DNA of 64,000 bases from Callorhinchus milii (taxonomy: Eukaryota). The position numbers were made by a program, and so were the translations under genes. Within the stretch, counting starts at the first letter, position 1; every line of letters begins with the position of its first letter. Location of the stretch: positions 108,998,001 through 109,062,000 of the forward strand of contig NW_024704743.1 of NCBI RefSeq assembly GCF_018977255.1, read 5' to 3'. Positions 24,775 to 38,262 of this stretch are shown here, in pieces. A model generated the notes under the pieces. The model worked only from the letters and a program-made list of their open reading frames with translations. It was not told the origin of the DNA and did no database searches.

Positions 24775-25094
24775 GGTAAAATCATAGGAAATCGATGTGT
24801 TCTTCTTTATTACTATATGTTATGAAAACCTTCATTCACGCTTTCCCAAAAGACATCAATTTCAACATTCAATTTATGTACAGAGTCACTGACCTCTGCT
24901 CTGACTCAGGGTACTTGCAGGGAATTCGTATCACTATAGGTTATGAGAACTTTCATTTACGCTTTCTGAAACATATTGGAGGGAGTTCCTGCTATCTGCT
25001 CAAATCCTCACTAGGTGGATGTCAAATGACCAACTAGTGATAATCATCCATGGTAGTGGGGGGCGGTGGGGTGTAGTGGTGGAAGTTAAGCAGG

Positions 25095-26082
25095 ATCACC
25101 TTGGAGCTGAACTTCCATATGTATGTGGATGACACCTAACTCTATCTTTCTGCCTCCACCCTCAACTCCAGGGCCACTGCTGTCCTGACAGACTGTCTGT
25201 CGGCCATCAAGTCCTGGATGAGGGCAAACTTCCTACAGTTGAATGTGAACAAGACTGAGGCCCTCCTGATTGGCTCGCGCCAGCGCCTCAGCACCACAGG
25301 CTTTGGCAGCATCAACCTCCATGTTTGCACACTTCAACTCACCAAGCCAGTCAGGAACCTAGGTGTCTTGTTCAACCCTCAACTGTCTTTTCTTCCCCAC
25401 ATCCAACCCATGACCCACTCTGCCTTCCCTCACCTCTGTAACATCGCCCAACTCCACCACTACCTCACCCCTCAGGCAGCTGAAGCTCTTGTTCATGCCT
25501 TCATCACCTCCAGGCTCGACTATTCAAATGCCCTGCTTGTCGGCCTTCCCAACTCCTCCCTCCACAGGCTGCAGATAATCCAGAACTCTGCAGCCCGTCT
25601 CCTCTCCCGCACGAAACTCATGACCCCATCTCCCCCATTCTCGCCCGACTCCATTGGCTCCCTATCCTTCAGAGGATCCAGTTCAAACTCCTGGTCCTCA
25701 CCTACAAAGCCCTCAATGGTCTCACCCCACCCAATCTCTGGGACCTCCTAACCCCCTACCAACCCACCCGCTCCCTCCGCTCAGTCGTTTCCGGCCTGCT
25801 CCACGTCCCCCGACCCACCCGCCCCACCATTGGCGGGAGAGCCTTCAGCCACTCTGCCCCCAATTTCTGGAACTCTATCCCCCAATCACTCTGTCTTGCT
25901 ACCTCCTTAGCCTCAAAACCTACCTCTTCAACCATGCCATTTGGTCACCCCCCTTCCCCTCCCCTCCCTTCTCCCCCCTGACCCCAGCTCGGGTCTGAAA
26001 TGCTGTATTCTGTCCAGCGCCTTGGGACGTCCTCTTGACGTAAAAGACACTATACAAATGTAATCTTGTTGTTGTTATTGTT
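25095..26082 (+). mobile_element. L2 LINE 5'-truncated copy including the RT YxDD region
   Basis: HMYVDDT* at ~25118. ORF 25218-25751: NFLQLNVNKTEALLIG..VRNLGVLF..HAFITSRLDYSNALL. (TTG)n tail. Confidence 0.95.
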
Positions 26083-26274
26083 AAACTGACTGCGTGATGA
26101 CGTGTTTGGCAACAAAATATCAGAATCAAACCAATCCTGTGGCGGTTTTGGTGGTCCAGATCATCAGCCAGTTTGTCCCACAATATACCAGGGTACAGCA
26201 CAACCAACCTGGCTCATCAGCAGGCCTTGAAAGGGCAGACCAGTCTCTGGGAGCAGGGACACTTCCCACTCAAC

Positions 26275-26525
26275 ATACGTTAACCCTGTATGCCAAGTAG
26301 AGTGGTCCCAGCTGGACAAACAGCGAGAAAGCTTGCCAGGCAGTGCACCTAATACTTTCCAGAATTAGGTGAGAAAGATGTGTCCCTCCAGGGAGAGAGT
26401 ATGCATTCCATTCCAACAAACATCTCTGTACTTTACATGTGTAGGTGGGATACATGGAACTCAGTTTGGTTTGGATGCTCTTAAGCACGATGATGGGTTT
26501 CCCCATGTGTCGGACACCCGTATGA
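26275..26525 (-). repeat. Unclassified interspersed repeat, copy 2
   Basis: Shares GACACATG..AAACCCATC..GCTTAAGAG.ATCCAAACCAAA, ACCTAATTCTGGAA.GTATTAGG and CTGGCAAGCTTT..TGTCCAGCT with 8065-8390. Confidence 0.8.
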
Positions 26526-27698
26526 TAAAATATATATATATGCACCATGAATCGCTTTGAGATGTCCTCCCTTTGTGAAAAGCACTGTACCAAATGTAGC
26601 AATTATTATTAATATTGATATGACATTTTAAGTAAGATAGGTCTGGCAAATTATTTCTAATTAATAGATTTCTTTAATTCCTACTTACAGCTTGGAAAAA
26701 ACTACAATAATTTGTTAATTGTATGCTTACATTTTTTTTACAAAAATATATTTTCTTTTGCAATATTTTTGCTAAAAATATAAAGCAGAAATATCCCAGG
26801 TGACATTTGATTTAATTCATCACTTACATCCACTCTGAGTCAAATCTCACAGGTTTTTATTTTTGATTTGTTTTAACCATATCAGTAAGATGCAAATAGA
26901 GTGGTAAATTTCTGCACAATGGTCCTTTGAATTCTGTGTCTTTACGTCACTGTATATAGAGCATATTATAATGAGCACATAAATTAAAAAAAACAAATAG
27001 GTTAAATTTGGTTATTCATCTTGTTACTATTAGCAGGAAGTGAACAGCGTAGATAAACTAACTTGCCTGCTTACAAAGTCAGTTATTGCATTGCAAAGCA
27101 TTTTAGTGACGCTGGAAAAGTGAATAGCAAAAATGCCAAGTTATTGGTGCCTGGAGCTGTATAAAGCACTCAGAACATAAACTCTATTATCCACAGGGAA
27201 TCCCATGTACATCACTGAATCTGGAGACTCCAACTCCAACCCAAGATTGTCTCAGAAACTATTATGGCACTTATAAGTTGTTGTGACGCATAGGGTCCTG
27301 GCTAACAATCCACCAGATAAAGTAGACCTTTCACATCATTGCTGAATATGTAATATTGCTGTGTGCATACTGGCTACCGGGTTCACTTATTAATATACAG
27401 TCACTACAGTTTTCAGTAAATCGTGATCCTTTACCATGACGATAATAAAGCACAATATCAAATGCAAGGATTTTTATAAATCAGAATTTAAGATGCAGAT
27501 TGTAACCCCCTTTCTGCCATGTGTGCACTTTTCATATCCAGTTGTTCGAAGCACTTTCATAATTCTTTCATTTGATATAGTCTATGATTCTAAATTTTAA
27601 CTGCAAGAGGATCTCAAAGCCCTTCACAGGGTTTACTGTAACGTGAATGACTATTTTGTAGGCAAGCTTTAAGTTATCTAATTGTGATTAGATAATTA

Positions 27699-28027
27699 GC
27701 TCCGCATCCCCCAGAGGATCGAGTTCAAGATCCTCGTCCTCACCTTTAAGGCCATCCATGGCCTTGCCCCCTCCTACCCTCTGACCTGCTGACTCCCTAC
27801 CAACCTGCCCTCTCCCACCGTTCACCGGGCTCCGGCCTGCTCCATGTCTCCCGCCCGACCTGCCCTACCATTGGTGGCCGGGCTTCCAGCCTCTCTAACC
27901 CCACACTCTGGAACTCCACCACCCCTCCCCCATGCCCGGGCCCCGACACCTGACTGTTCAGCGCTTTGGGACGTCCTCCCAATGTGAAAAGCGCTCTATA
28001 AATGTAATTTTGTTGTTATTGTTGTTG
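27699..28027 (+). mobile_element. L2 LINE 3' fragment
   Basis: Close match to 12140-12563 with an internal deletion; same tail. Confidence 0.9.
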
Positions 28028-31000
28028 TGATAAGGCACTACATCAAATTCAATTAGTTTATTATTACCAATCAAACGTGCATCACAGCTATGGAATATCT
28101 GGATAACTCAAGAGTAATGCATGAGACAGTAGTTTACAGGGATGGTACATAAGAAATGCTAGGCAAAAAAAAGACCAAGGTCCATCTAGTTTGCCTTCAA
28201 CCTTCCTGGTGGTCGAATGCACTTATGTCCCAAACTACCTATATCCCGTAATGTTATTTCCTAGCAGAAAACTATTTAAAGAAATCAACATTTCCTGCTT
28301 CAACCATCTCCCAAGGGAGCCTGTTGCAGGTTACAATATAAATCGCCTTCCCAAAGCCTGACTGAAACCTTGGTTCAGTCTAGCTCTTAATATTATTTCT
28401 TACTCAAAATTCAAATAATGCCTCAGAGTAAGGTGGAAGAGGAAAATAATGAGAGATACATTTAAGTCCAATCTATCTATCTGTCTGTCTGTCTGTTTGT
28501 TTATTTATTTATTTTAGGGGGAAAAGAAAGCATTCTTTTTTAAACATAAACTCCATTTAAACTTCAAATCAACTTATCCTGCCAAATTCTGAATAATGTA
28601 TACGATTGTAAAATCCTCGCAAAATCAGGGTGGTCAGTCACACTGACATTTTCAAACATTGGAAATTTTTGAAGAATGAAAAACAATAAACACACAATTG
28701 CAGTTTATCCTGTGAAGTGCTTGAGATGTCTCAATGACATGGTAAGGCACTGAAACAAATGCAAGGATTATTGTTATTATAATTTTGCAACCATGTCTTT
28801 TGTGTAATTTTTAACTATTTTATAATTGAGGGTGGTGAGCATAGTGGCAAACTACTATTTTAAAAATTCCCATCCCCCCCAAAAAAAAGTGTTGCTGTCA
28901 ATTGAGCAGGAAAAACAAAAAATTTTATGTTTAAGTTTAACATGAAATACATTGTATTGGGCCCACGACTTCAGACTGTCACTGAGCAAAAGGAGTTGCT
29001 CACATCGTCAAGTGAGCTCTGCAAAGTTCCGGCTCAAGTGGATTTCGATTTGGTTCAAATCTGACCAAGCAACCACTGTAAACAGTTTGCTCATATCAAG
29101 GTATAACATTGCTTTTTAATGTTATGCAGATTAGGATGTGGTACCCGTTTAAAATGTTGAAGTGTCCTGTTGCTGTGGTTACAGGAGTCCTTTGTTATGC
29201 AGTGCAGATTACAATGTCGCTTAGAAATGTTAGAGTGCTCTATCGCTATGGTAACAACCAGGGTTCACACTAGAATTTTAAAAAGTTAAATAGATGCTTA
29301 AATCAAGGCTTTCAGCACTGAACAAGGAAGTATTCCCGCAAGTTTGGGAGGGGGGGGGAGCACAGTCCACAAGTAATCAAGCCACAAATGAGTTACCAGC
29401 TCTTTCTTTCTTACGAGAAAAACATTCTACGTTAAACTAAAACTTAAGGTGTGATATTGTGTACAATTTATTTGTAATTGTCAGGAGACCACGTCCACAT
29501 CTCCAATATTTTTGTTTTGCTCATTACGTTGTATTTATGGTTACAAGCTGGTCAGCATCATGATATATACAAATTCCCAGTCCCAGAGTTGCCTTCAGCC
29601 AGTGTTAGGCTGGAGCGTGCCAAAAAGAAACCTTTTACACAGCAATGTGAGCAGTATCTCCAAGCAAGAGTTACCATCATTTTAGTTTGTGATTTGGAAT
29701 CAGTAGAAAAATATTGTTCAGGAGTGTAAACCGATAACGTCTAACTCGACTTTATGATCAATGTGTGACATCTTACAATCCACATCTGGTTCAACACAAA
29801 TATTACCTCCTCCCCCTTCAGCTCCCAACCCCAGCTCAGGTGCCCAGCCAGTAGCAGCAACCACTTTGAGACGTCCTATTGATGTGAAAGATGTGGAAAT
29901 TGTAAGTTGTAAATAATTAAAGCCTTACTTTGTAATTCATGATGCTCAACAACAATTATTATGCAATAATAATATAATAGTAATAATCCTTGCATTTGAT
30001 ATAGTCTTTATCACTTCTCTGAGACGTCTCAATGCACTTCACAGAATATACTGTAAAGTGAATTGTGGGCGAAATGCGGCAGCCAATTGCGCACAGCAGT
30101 GTCCCACAAACAGTCGTGGATTTAAGTGACCATTTTTTTTTAAGGAATTATTACCCCCAGAAAGGCAATCCGCCAATCGACTTAACAACCGGGTTCCTAC
30201 TTACTGTTAGGTTAACAGAGGTGTGTAGAGTAAGGAAACTTATGTTCCCTTGTTTCTGATTCACAAACCAAACGGCAGCCAATTGTGCACAGCAATGTCC
30301 CACAAACAGCCGTGGATTGAAGTGACCAATTTATTATTATTATTTTGCTTAGAATGGGGAGGGGAAGAATCATCCTCTGCTTATACACCTGTGGCACTGA
30401 GTAAAAGTACAATGAAGGTAGAAACATGCTGGATGGTATCAGAGTACGATTATTCCATGTCTTTTTGTACTATTATACGTCCGTCTATGAAATATACAGT
30501 CACTACACTTCACAGTAAAATCCTGTAGAGATGCCCTCCTGTCATGAAAGATGCTATATCAAATGCAAGGATTGTTGTTGTTGTTATTTATCAGCAACCA
30601 TCCTCATTGCATCAAAACATCTCAAAGTGCTTCAATTATAATTACTATGAACTGCAATGACGCATGGAATCTTAGAAAGTAAAGCTTAGGAGATGTTAGT
30701 TTATCTTATCGAACCTCAAATATGCTTCTCATACACTAGAGCTAATCCCATGCTCTTTCCTTGTATCCTTTTATATTCTTCCTATTCAAATAATGATAAT
30801 AATCCTTGCATTTGATATAGCGCCTTATAATGTCATTGAGACTTCTCAAAGTGCTTCACAGAATATATTGCAAAGTGGATTATTACGCAATGCTTGTGTA
30901 ATGTATTGTGCAATGATTGTGTATTTGTGGGTGAAATGCGGCAGCCAATTGGGCACAGCAGTGTCCCACAAATAGTCGTGGATTGAGTGACCCCAAAGTT

Positions 31001-31039
31001 ATATTTTAATATGCAAGTGGACCTGAAATCAAGAGTAGA

Positions 31040-31310
31040 TGTGTAAAAGTAGATTTTGGGTACATGTGGATGTTAGCCCCAAATTTGCGGATGATATTCA
31101 AAATATGGAACATATAGATAAGGAGGAGGAGCCTGAGGATAGCGCCCCGTGTTACACTAACCCTTCAAGGCAAGAGGAGAAATTGTTGGTGGTGACAAAA
31201 TGGAGGCAATGGGTTCATTGGAACTTGGAGAGTGAGGTCCCACAGGGGTGAATAGGAAAGGTAGACTCCAGGTGGTATCAATTTCATGCAGCTTTACAAA
31301 GCCAAATAGA
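31040..31310 (-). mobile_element. Old, degenerate L2 RT fragment
   Basis: Reverse-strand remnants resembling GxPQGS and the HMY region. Confidence 0.45.
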
Positions 31311-31359
31311 AGCCATTCCTAGCTTACACCAACACTCCTCAATTCTGCCTCTGACCTCC

Positions 31360-32139
31360 CCTACCTTCCGCCAGACTACGGCATTACCTCACCCCTCACG
31401 CTGCTGAAACCCTAGTTCACGCCTTTGTCACTTCAAGGCTGGACTATGGGAACTCTCTCCTCACCGGCCTTCCCGCCACCTCCCTCCACAAGCTGCAGTC
31501 ATTCAGAACTCTGCAGCTCGTGTACTGTCCCACACCAGGCTTCGGGACCACATCACTCCCACCCTCGCTCACCTCCACTGGCTCCCCATCCCCCAGAGGA
31601 TTGATTTCAAGATCCTCATCCTCACCTACAAGGCCATTCACAGCCTTGCTCCCTCCTACCTCTCCAACCTACTATCCCCCTACCTACCTGCCCGTACCCT
31701 CCGTTCCTCTGGCTCTGGTCTGCTCCACGTCCCCCGCCCCAACAGCCCTACCATCGGTGGTCGGGCCTTCAGCCTCTCAGCCCCCAGGCTCTGGAACTCC
31801 ATCCCCCAGTGCCTTCGCCTTGCTTCCTCCCTTTCCTCCTTCAAGGCCGGTCTCAAAACCTTTCTCTTTGACCGTGCCTTCAGCTCCCCTCTTGACTCTC
31901 TACCCCCTCCTCGCTCCCTCCCTTCCCTCCCCTCACCCTGACCATTTCCCCCCTCCTCGCTCCCTCCCTTCCCTCCCCTCACCCTGACCATTTCCCCCCT
32001 CCTCGCTCCCTCCCTTCCCTCCCCTCACCCTGACCATTTCCCCCCTGCTCGGGTCATGACCCAACTGTGCAGCGCCTTGGGACGTCCTCCTGACGTGAAG
32101 GGCGCTTTATAAATGGAATCTTGTTGTTGTTGTTGTTGT
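31360..32139 (+). mobile_element. Young L2 LINE 3' portion with a pyrimidine minisatellite in the 3' UTR
   Basis: [27 protein letters not shown] motifs, 3 copies of a ~44 bp C/T unit, GGACGTCCTCCTGACGTGAAGGGCGC stem-loop and (TTG)n. Confidence 0.95.
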
Positions 32140-32299
32140 GGTGTATCTCTCAAACTCGCTGAACCAGAACACAGTCGTAGGGTTCAGTTTGGTCCTCCGC
32201 TCTCACACTCCTTGACCAAACTCTCTTTACCTTTGCCACAATGTCTGCCTCCACTCTTATGTTAACAACAACAAAATTATATTTGTGTAGTGTCTTTCA

Positions 32300-32750
32300 T
32301 GTCAGGAGGACGTTCCAAGGCGCTGACCCTCATTTGTGCCTTTGTCATCTCCCGCCTTGACCTCAAACATTCCTTGCCTCTCTCTAATTCCACAAGAATC
32401 TGTCAGCTTAATCGGATAAACTTCGCCAAGCTCACCCATATCAGATTAAAGACACCCATCACACAGTCCTCTCCAGGCTCCCTGTCTCTCAATCGATTGA
32501 CTTTAAGGTCCTCACCTGTAAATACCTTCACTCCCTAGCACCTCCCTATTGCTGATCTCCTATCCCACTCTTTTGCTCGCCACCTTCACTCAGCTAACTT
32601 GAACCTGCTGAAAGTCTCCCACCCCAAAATGCCACCATCAGTGACTGAGCTGTCAATAATAATCACTAAACCATTGGCACTCTCTCCCACTTCCCTCTCT
32701 CTATCTGTCTTTAAATCCCTCCTAAAAGCGTAGCTCTTCAACCATGTCCA
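32300..32750 (+). mobile_element. Old L2 ORF2 fragment
   Basis: LICAFVISRLD and degenerate downstream L2 motifs. Confidence 0.6.
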
Positions 32751-35700
32751 TGAGCTGAATTGTCTTCTCAGTCTGCGTTGTAATTTCCACAGTTCTTTGT
32801 CATGCTGTCCACGTGGCTCCATTATTTTGTAATTCCAATTGAAATTGCCACATGTTGCACTCTCAAGTTGACAAAAGAAAATAATGCCAAAGCACATTTC
32901 TCTTCTAAAAGTTTAATGCATCTTAAAAATAGTTGCAAATGCAAAATCCCCAAAGATGCATGGCGAGGTTGAAAACCAAAAGAGACAAAATCTAAGTACT
33001 CAACTGTTACTACTGGGGGACTTTATCATGGTGCTGGAGGTAGAATGGAGACCAATATTGTTAAGGCAAACGCCTTCAACTGACCCACCTCGAGTATCCA
33101 GATCAAAATTCAAACTGTCCTGACAAAGAGAACATTTTAATGGCTGCTCAAAGAAGGAAAACAATGGGGGTGGATGGGATCAGGCTATCAACTTCAAAAG
33201 AACTATCTGTCATGCTAGATGAAAAGCACAAAGAATTCTTACCGTTAGGTATGAAATTAAGGAAGTTAAATATCTTCAGCATTTGAATTTTCACAGACCA
33301 TTTAGCTGCATTCATTCCTTTACTGTTAATGCAGAAAGAATCTTATGAATAAAGCTAACACTCATTCACTTATGCTGTGTTTTACTGCACATTTTGTAAT
33401 GGAAAGTGCAGTATAAAGCTGGGTTGAGCAGCCCAATTTGGAAGGGAATGATGCTGGAGTGCTGCTGAATCAAGTTAAGGAGCTGATTTCAGCCGCGTTT
33501 CAATTTGCATCACTGTATAAATTGATTTTTGCTCCCCTCCCAAATGATCTCTTTAAAAGTTCAATGTGCAGATCTACAAAATTGGAAGTTAGTTTTATAA
33601 CAATGCGAACTAATGCAATGACAATTGTTTCAATCTGGCTTCCCATTCCACATCCCCGTACCGTGGGAAACAATATAGTTTTGCTATTAGCAATATAAAT
33701 CAGGCACATGCAAGCTCCCGCACTGGAGCTATGTACCCTATAATCCCATTCCCATGCTGATTTCCTGCAAACTTTGATATTATTTTCCCACAAGTATTTA
33801 TTCAATTCCTTTTTAAATGTTATTATAGGCAGCCATTTGAAACAAGACATTCCACATACTAACACTGTGAAAAAAATCTTCCAACATTATCCTCATTATA
33901 GTTCTTCCTTGTTCCCCTGCAGATGTCATTGACTCAACTGGCACTTGCATTGAGACAATCCTTACACGACTTTTGCCTTTCAGTTCATTCTAAGCAGTCC
34001 CGGTGCTCCAAATATGACTCCCTGGTATGAAAGGTGTCAAAACGTTTACAGTGTTTGAACCTCTGGAGACCCGGTTGCATGTATGCACAGCATAAATATA
34101 GCAGTGACGTTAAGACATTGAACTGCCATTTAAAAAGAAATATTGGGGTTGTGATTATCTCCACTGCTCAAATAATAGTAGCAGGGGGTGGAAGAAGAGT
34201 CTGAAAATCAGGTGTCTTTGATCTCCAGTTTTTCAGGGGTTTCCAGTTCTACTTTTTAGCTGGTAGAGATACTTAAGATATCCTAATACAACTTTATGTA
34301 AATGCATACTTCTTGATGCCATTGTGATATCTTTGCAATGATAGCACAATGGCATCTAGACATACACTCAGACGTGGATTGTTGTTGGGTCCATTTGATC
34401 CAACTGCTCGATTTTCACTATCGAGACAGATCTGGTTCGGTGTAGAGGCAATAAGAAATCTGACGCAGTCAGGCTTTCCAGCTGAGAAATATGGTCATTG
34501 TACAATTACTAGTCGCCTCCAGAGACAACCTAGTAGCTGCAAAAGCTGCATTAAAGGCTAGGTTGCACCATCCTCAGCAAAGTCTGCATGTTGTAGGAAG
34601 CAAGAAAAACTGGCTTGGTGACGGGGGTCCCTTCCCACACAACTCAAACATACCTCCCTAAAGACTGATAAATACTGTAGTGTCATTGACAGCATTTGTG
34701 GAGACAGCTGTAGGCTGGATCCTGACTGATAGGTGTGGGAGGCGGCGGAGGAGAGAGGCAGGTTAGTGGGACAAAAAAAATCTTCAAATTCATCAACAGC
34801 TTCACTGCAGTTGTTAATGATTTTTGGAACACCCACACATCAAAAGCGTTTCGATACAGAAAAAACGTTTGTTACAGAGCAAAATAAAAGAATGGACAGC
34901 GAGTCAATTTGGTTGTGAAAGGGAATGATGGATCAATATTCAACATTGCAGGCCTGCCTCTTTGGATCTTATTTACTGATTTTCCATGTTTTATGCTTGT
35001 GTTATAAATCTACAAACATTTTAGGCTCTTTGATGGAAAATGAATTCCCTTGTGCAAAATCCACTCTGCGTGTTTACATATGAGATGGCACTGCACAGTA
35101 CTTTAGAAAGAAATGGCTGTATTTAAAAGTTGGGAAGTTAACACCAGAAATGGCCCACCTCTAAAATAAATAATAAATAAATACTTTGTGTCGGAGTGGT
35201 ACCATCTCAGACACTGCATTGCAATAAATGTTAGATGATATAATTTTGTTCAGTAAATTTTATAATTTAAATTTACAATATTGACTGTGCCAAATTATCA
35301 ACATCACCAATTTACATTTATATAGCACCTTACAGTGTTACATAAATGTAGGATGATGTCTCAAAGTGCTTCACATAACTGGCAATGTGAGCCGGGGTGG
35401 GGGGGGGGAGAGAAAGGGGGCAAGGCCAATTAGACTCTCATCAAAAGTCTAATTAAAACAAAGTTTGCCAGTATTTACACAAAGTTAGTGCTTTAGAAAA
35501 TGGATACAATTATGACTGATGCCATATGCAAAAGTAGTGTGAGAAGGACGGTTCTTGAGGATATGACACAGTATTATAATATACTTGTGTTCCAGGCTCC
35601 AATAGGCATTTTCATTAAGATTTTTAAGGAATAAATGCTTTCATGTATTTTTTAAAGGCATGCAGTCTGATAGCTCTTTAAATGTTTCATGTAAATGCAT

Positions 35701-36142
35701 ACTTCAAATGTCTAGTGTGAAAGTGAGCCACACAGAACAGGAAGGGTTTAACGAATGGTCTCAGTCTACCTGAGCTAAAGAGGGGGGACATTTAGCTCAG
35801 GTTCATGCTCTTGATCATTGAGATGACAGCTGTGGAATGTTAGATGAGGTCAGGATTAGGTCTGTCTGTGAGGATCTGCATCATAAAATAACTTGACTTA
35901 ATTGTTTTAGATGACACATGAAGGGGTTGGCTATTTGGCTTAGGTACTGTTGGAGCCTGTTGAAAGCTCCAAGGGCTTTTGGAGCTATGGAAGTGCACTC
36001 CAGCATGAATCAGATGAAAACTAACAGAGTCCATGACATAGTCAACTTTGCAAGTTATTCTGAGCTAAGTAGTCCCATTACTAGTGCAAGCTCAGAGCAT
36101 GTAAAATGCATTAAATGTCATCTAACATAACTATTATTGAAT

Positions 36143-36875
36143 ACAACAACAATAAGGACAACTTGCATTTATATAGTGCCCTCCACGCCGGGCGGCGTCT
36201 CAGCGCCCTTAACAATGGCGGATCCCGAGGCCGAGCCATGGGGAGGGGCAAGGTGACCGTAGGCGCGGTTGAAGAGGAAGGTCTTCAGGTGTGACCTGAA
36301 GATGGGGAAGGAGAGGGCAAGGCAAAGGTGTTGAGGGAGGGAGTTCCAAAGTTTCGGGGCATAATGGCTGAAGGCACGGCCGCTGATGATGGAGCGGAGG
36401 ATTCGGGGGACACAGAGGAGGCCGGACCCAGTAGAACGGAGGCAGCGGGTACTATTGTGGGGAGAGAGGAGGTTAGAGTGATAGGGCGGTGCCAAGAAAT
36501 GGAGGGATTTAAACATTGGAGTGAGGATCTTGAAGTCAATCCGCTCTGTGACAGGGAGCCAGTGGAGTTTGGCAACAACAACAACAACAAGATTCCATTT
36601 ATAAAGCGCCTTTCACGTCAGGAGGACGTCCCAAGGCGCTGCACAGTTGGGTCATGACCCGAGCAGGGAGGAAATGGTCAGGGTGAGGGGAGGGAAGGGA
36701 GGGAGCGAGGAGGGGAAATGGTCAGGGTGAGGGGAGGGAAGGGAGGGAGCGAGGAGGGGGAAGAGAGTCGAGAGGGGAGCTGAAGGCACGGTCAAAGAGA
36801 ACTGGAGTAATCGGGGTACGAAGTTTGATGCGGGTGAGAATGCGTACAGCGGAGTTTTGAATGAGCTGAATAGGC
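36143..36875 (-). mobile_element. L2 (second subfamily) interrupted by a younger L2 3' end at ~36573-36800
   Basis: ORF 36169-36516: GRAFSHYAPKLWNSLP..LKTFLF. The host sequence resumes at 36801 (compare the uninterrupted homologue at 48081-48170). Confidence 0.9.
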
Positions 36876-37692
36876 TTTCCAAGAAAAAAATTAATCATTG
36901 TTACATTCCAAGAATAGGAGCTTCATATCATAATGGGGGGAAGAGCTGACCTCAATCTGGGTCAGACTAGAAACATCAGCGACTGTTTTACTGATCAGCG
37001 AGTTTCAGACTCCACTTAGTGACCATATGTTGTAAAACAACACCAATCTGACTTATTTCAGTCACATTATCACAGCTTCTCAATGCATTAATTTGCTTAA
37101 GTATTGTGAGCTAATCAATAGCATCGGTACAGGAAAAATGCAGACTGGTGTCAGTTACCGTATCTTGTTCTCTATTTCTGTAAATGTGAAATAGTATTAA
37201 TGCATCTCTGGCATAGATTCTTGGGTTAACCTTAAATTCTGACTGTGCACAGAGTGTAAAGAACACACTGACCCATTTATTATGGCAAGATGATTGTCAC
37301 GATTTCTCATTTTGCTCACTAAAAGGGGATTAAGTCAAAAGCTTTATTACAGCCAATAAAAACAATGTGAGTAACAAGTTTTAAGCGTTGCTTTATTGTA
37401 CTAACACAGCCATGCACGAATTGAATTGAAACTCTTCACCATTGTTGAAGTGAACCCAGATCATCACGGTCTGTGGAACGCTCTTGGAGGCAGTCATGTG
37501 TGAAGCCCACAGAGATTTCATCAAGTTAGAATTAATTAAAATAGCTGTAGATAATGTTTAATGTTTGCCGTTTGATATAATTTAAGCACTAAGTTGACAT
37601 TAGTTGATAAGATTGTAACTTTTTAATATTTTAAAAGTACAATTGTTATGTTGACTTCTCCACATCCTGTTGGGATTTTTGACATTCAATGA

Positions 37693-38213
37693 GCTCCGGC
37701 CTGCTTCATGTCCCCTGCTTCACTCGCCCTACCATTGTCGGGCGGGCCTTCTGCCCCTCTATCCCCATCCTCTTGAACTCCATCCCTCAGTCCCTCCACC
37801 TCACCCCCTCCCTTGCCTCCTTATAATAATAATAATAATCCTTGCATTTGATATAGCGCTTTTCACGTCTTCTCGATGTCTCAAAGCGCTTCACAGAATA
37901 TGCTGTAAAGTGAATTGACTGTATATTTGTGGGAGAAACGTGGCAGCCAATTGCGCACAAACAGTCGTGGATTGAAAATGACCAAAATTATTATTGTTTT
38001 GTTTTGGAGGGAGTGTTCTAACCATTGAGCTACAGGACTCCTTCAAGACGTATCTCAAAAATCTCTTCGACCGTGCTTTCGATCACTCTGCTTCCCCCTC
38101 CACCCTCCCCGATCCCAGCCCCCAGCTCGGGTCTGAATCTCTTACTGTCTTGCGCTTTGGGACGTCCTCGCAACATGAAAGGTGCTATACAAAGGTCATT
38201 TGGTTGTTGTTGT
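37693..38213 (+). mobile_element. L2 3' fragment split by an antisense, internally deleted tRNA-SINE (~37821-38041)
   Basis: L2 CCCTTGCCTCC|TTCAAGAC is interrupted by the reverse SINE, running from its (ATT)n tail to the GAGCTACAGGACTCC head. Confidence 0.88.
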
Positions 38214-38262
38214 TCATTTGAATCACTAGCTTTGCTAATTGACTCAACGTTTATAGCTTAAA

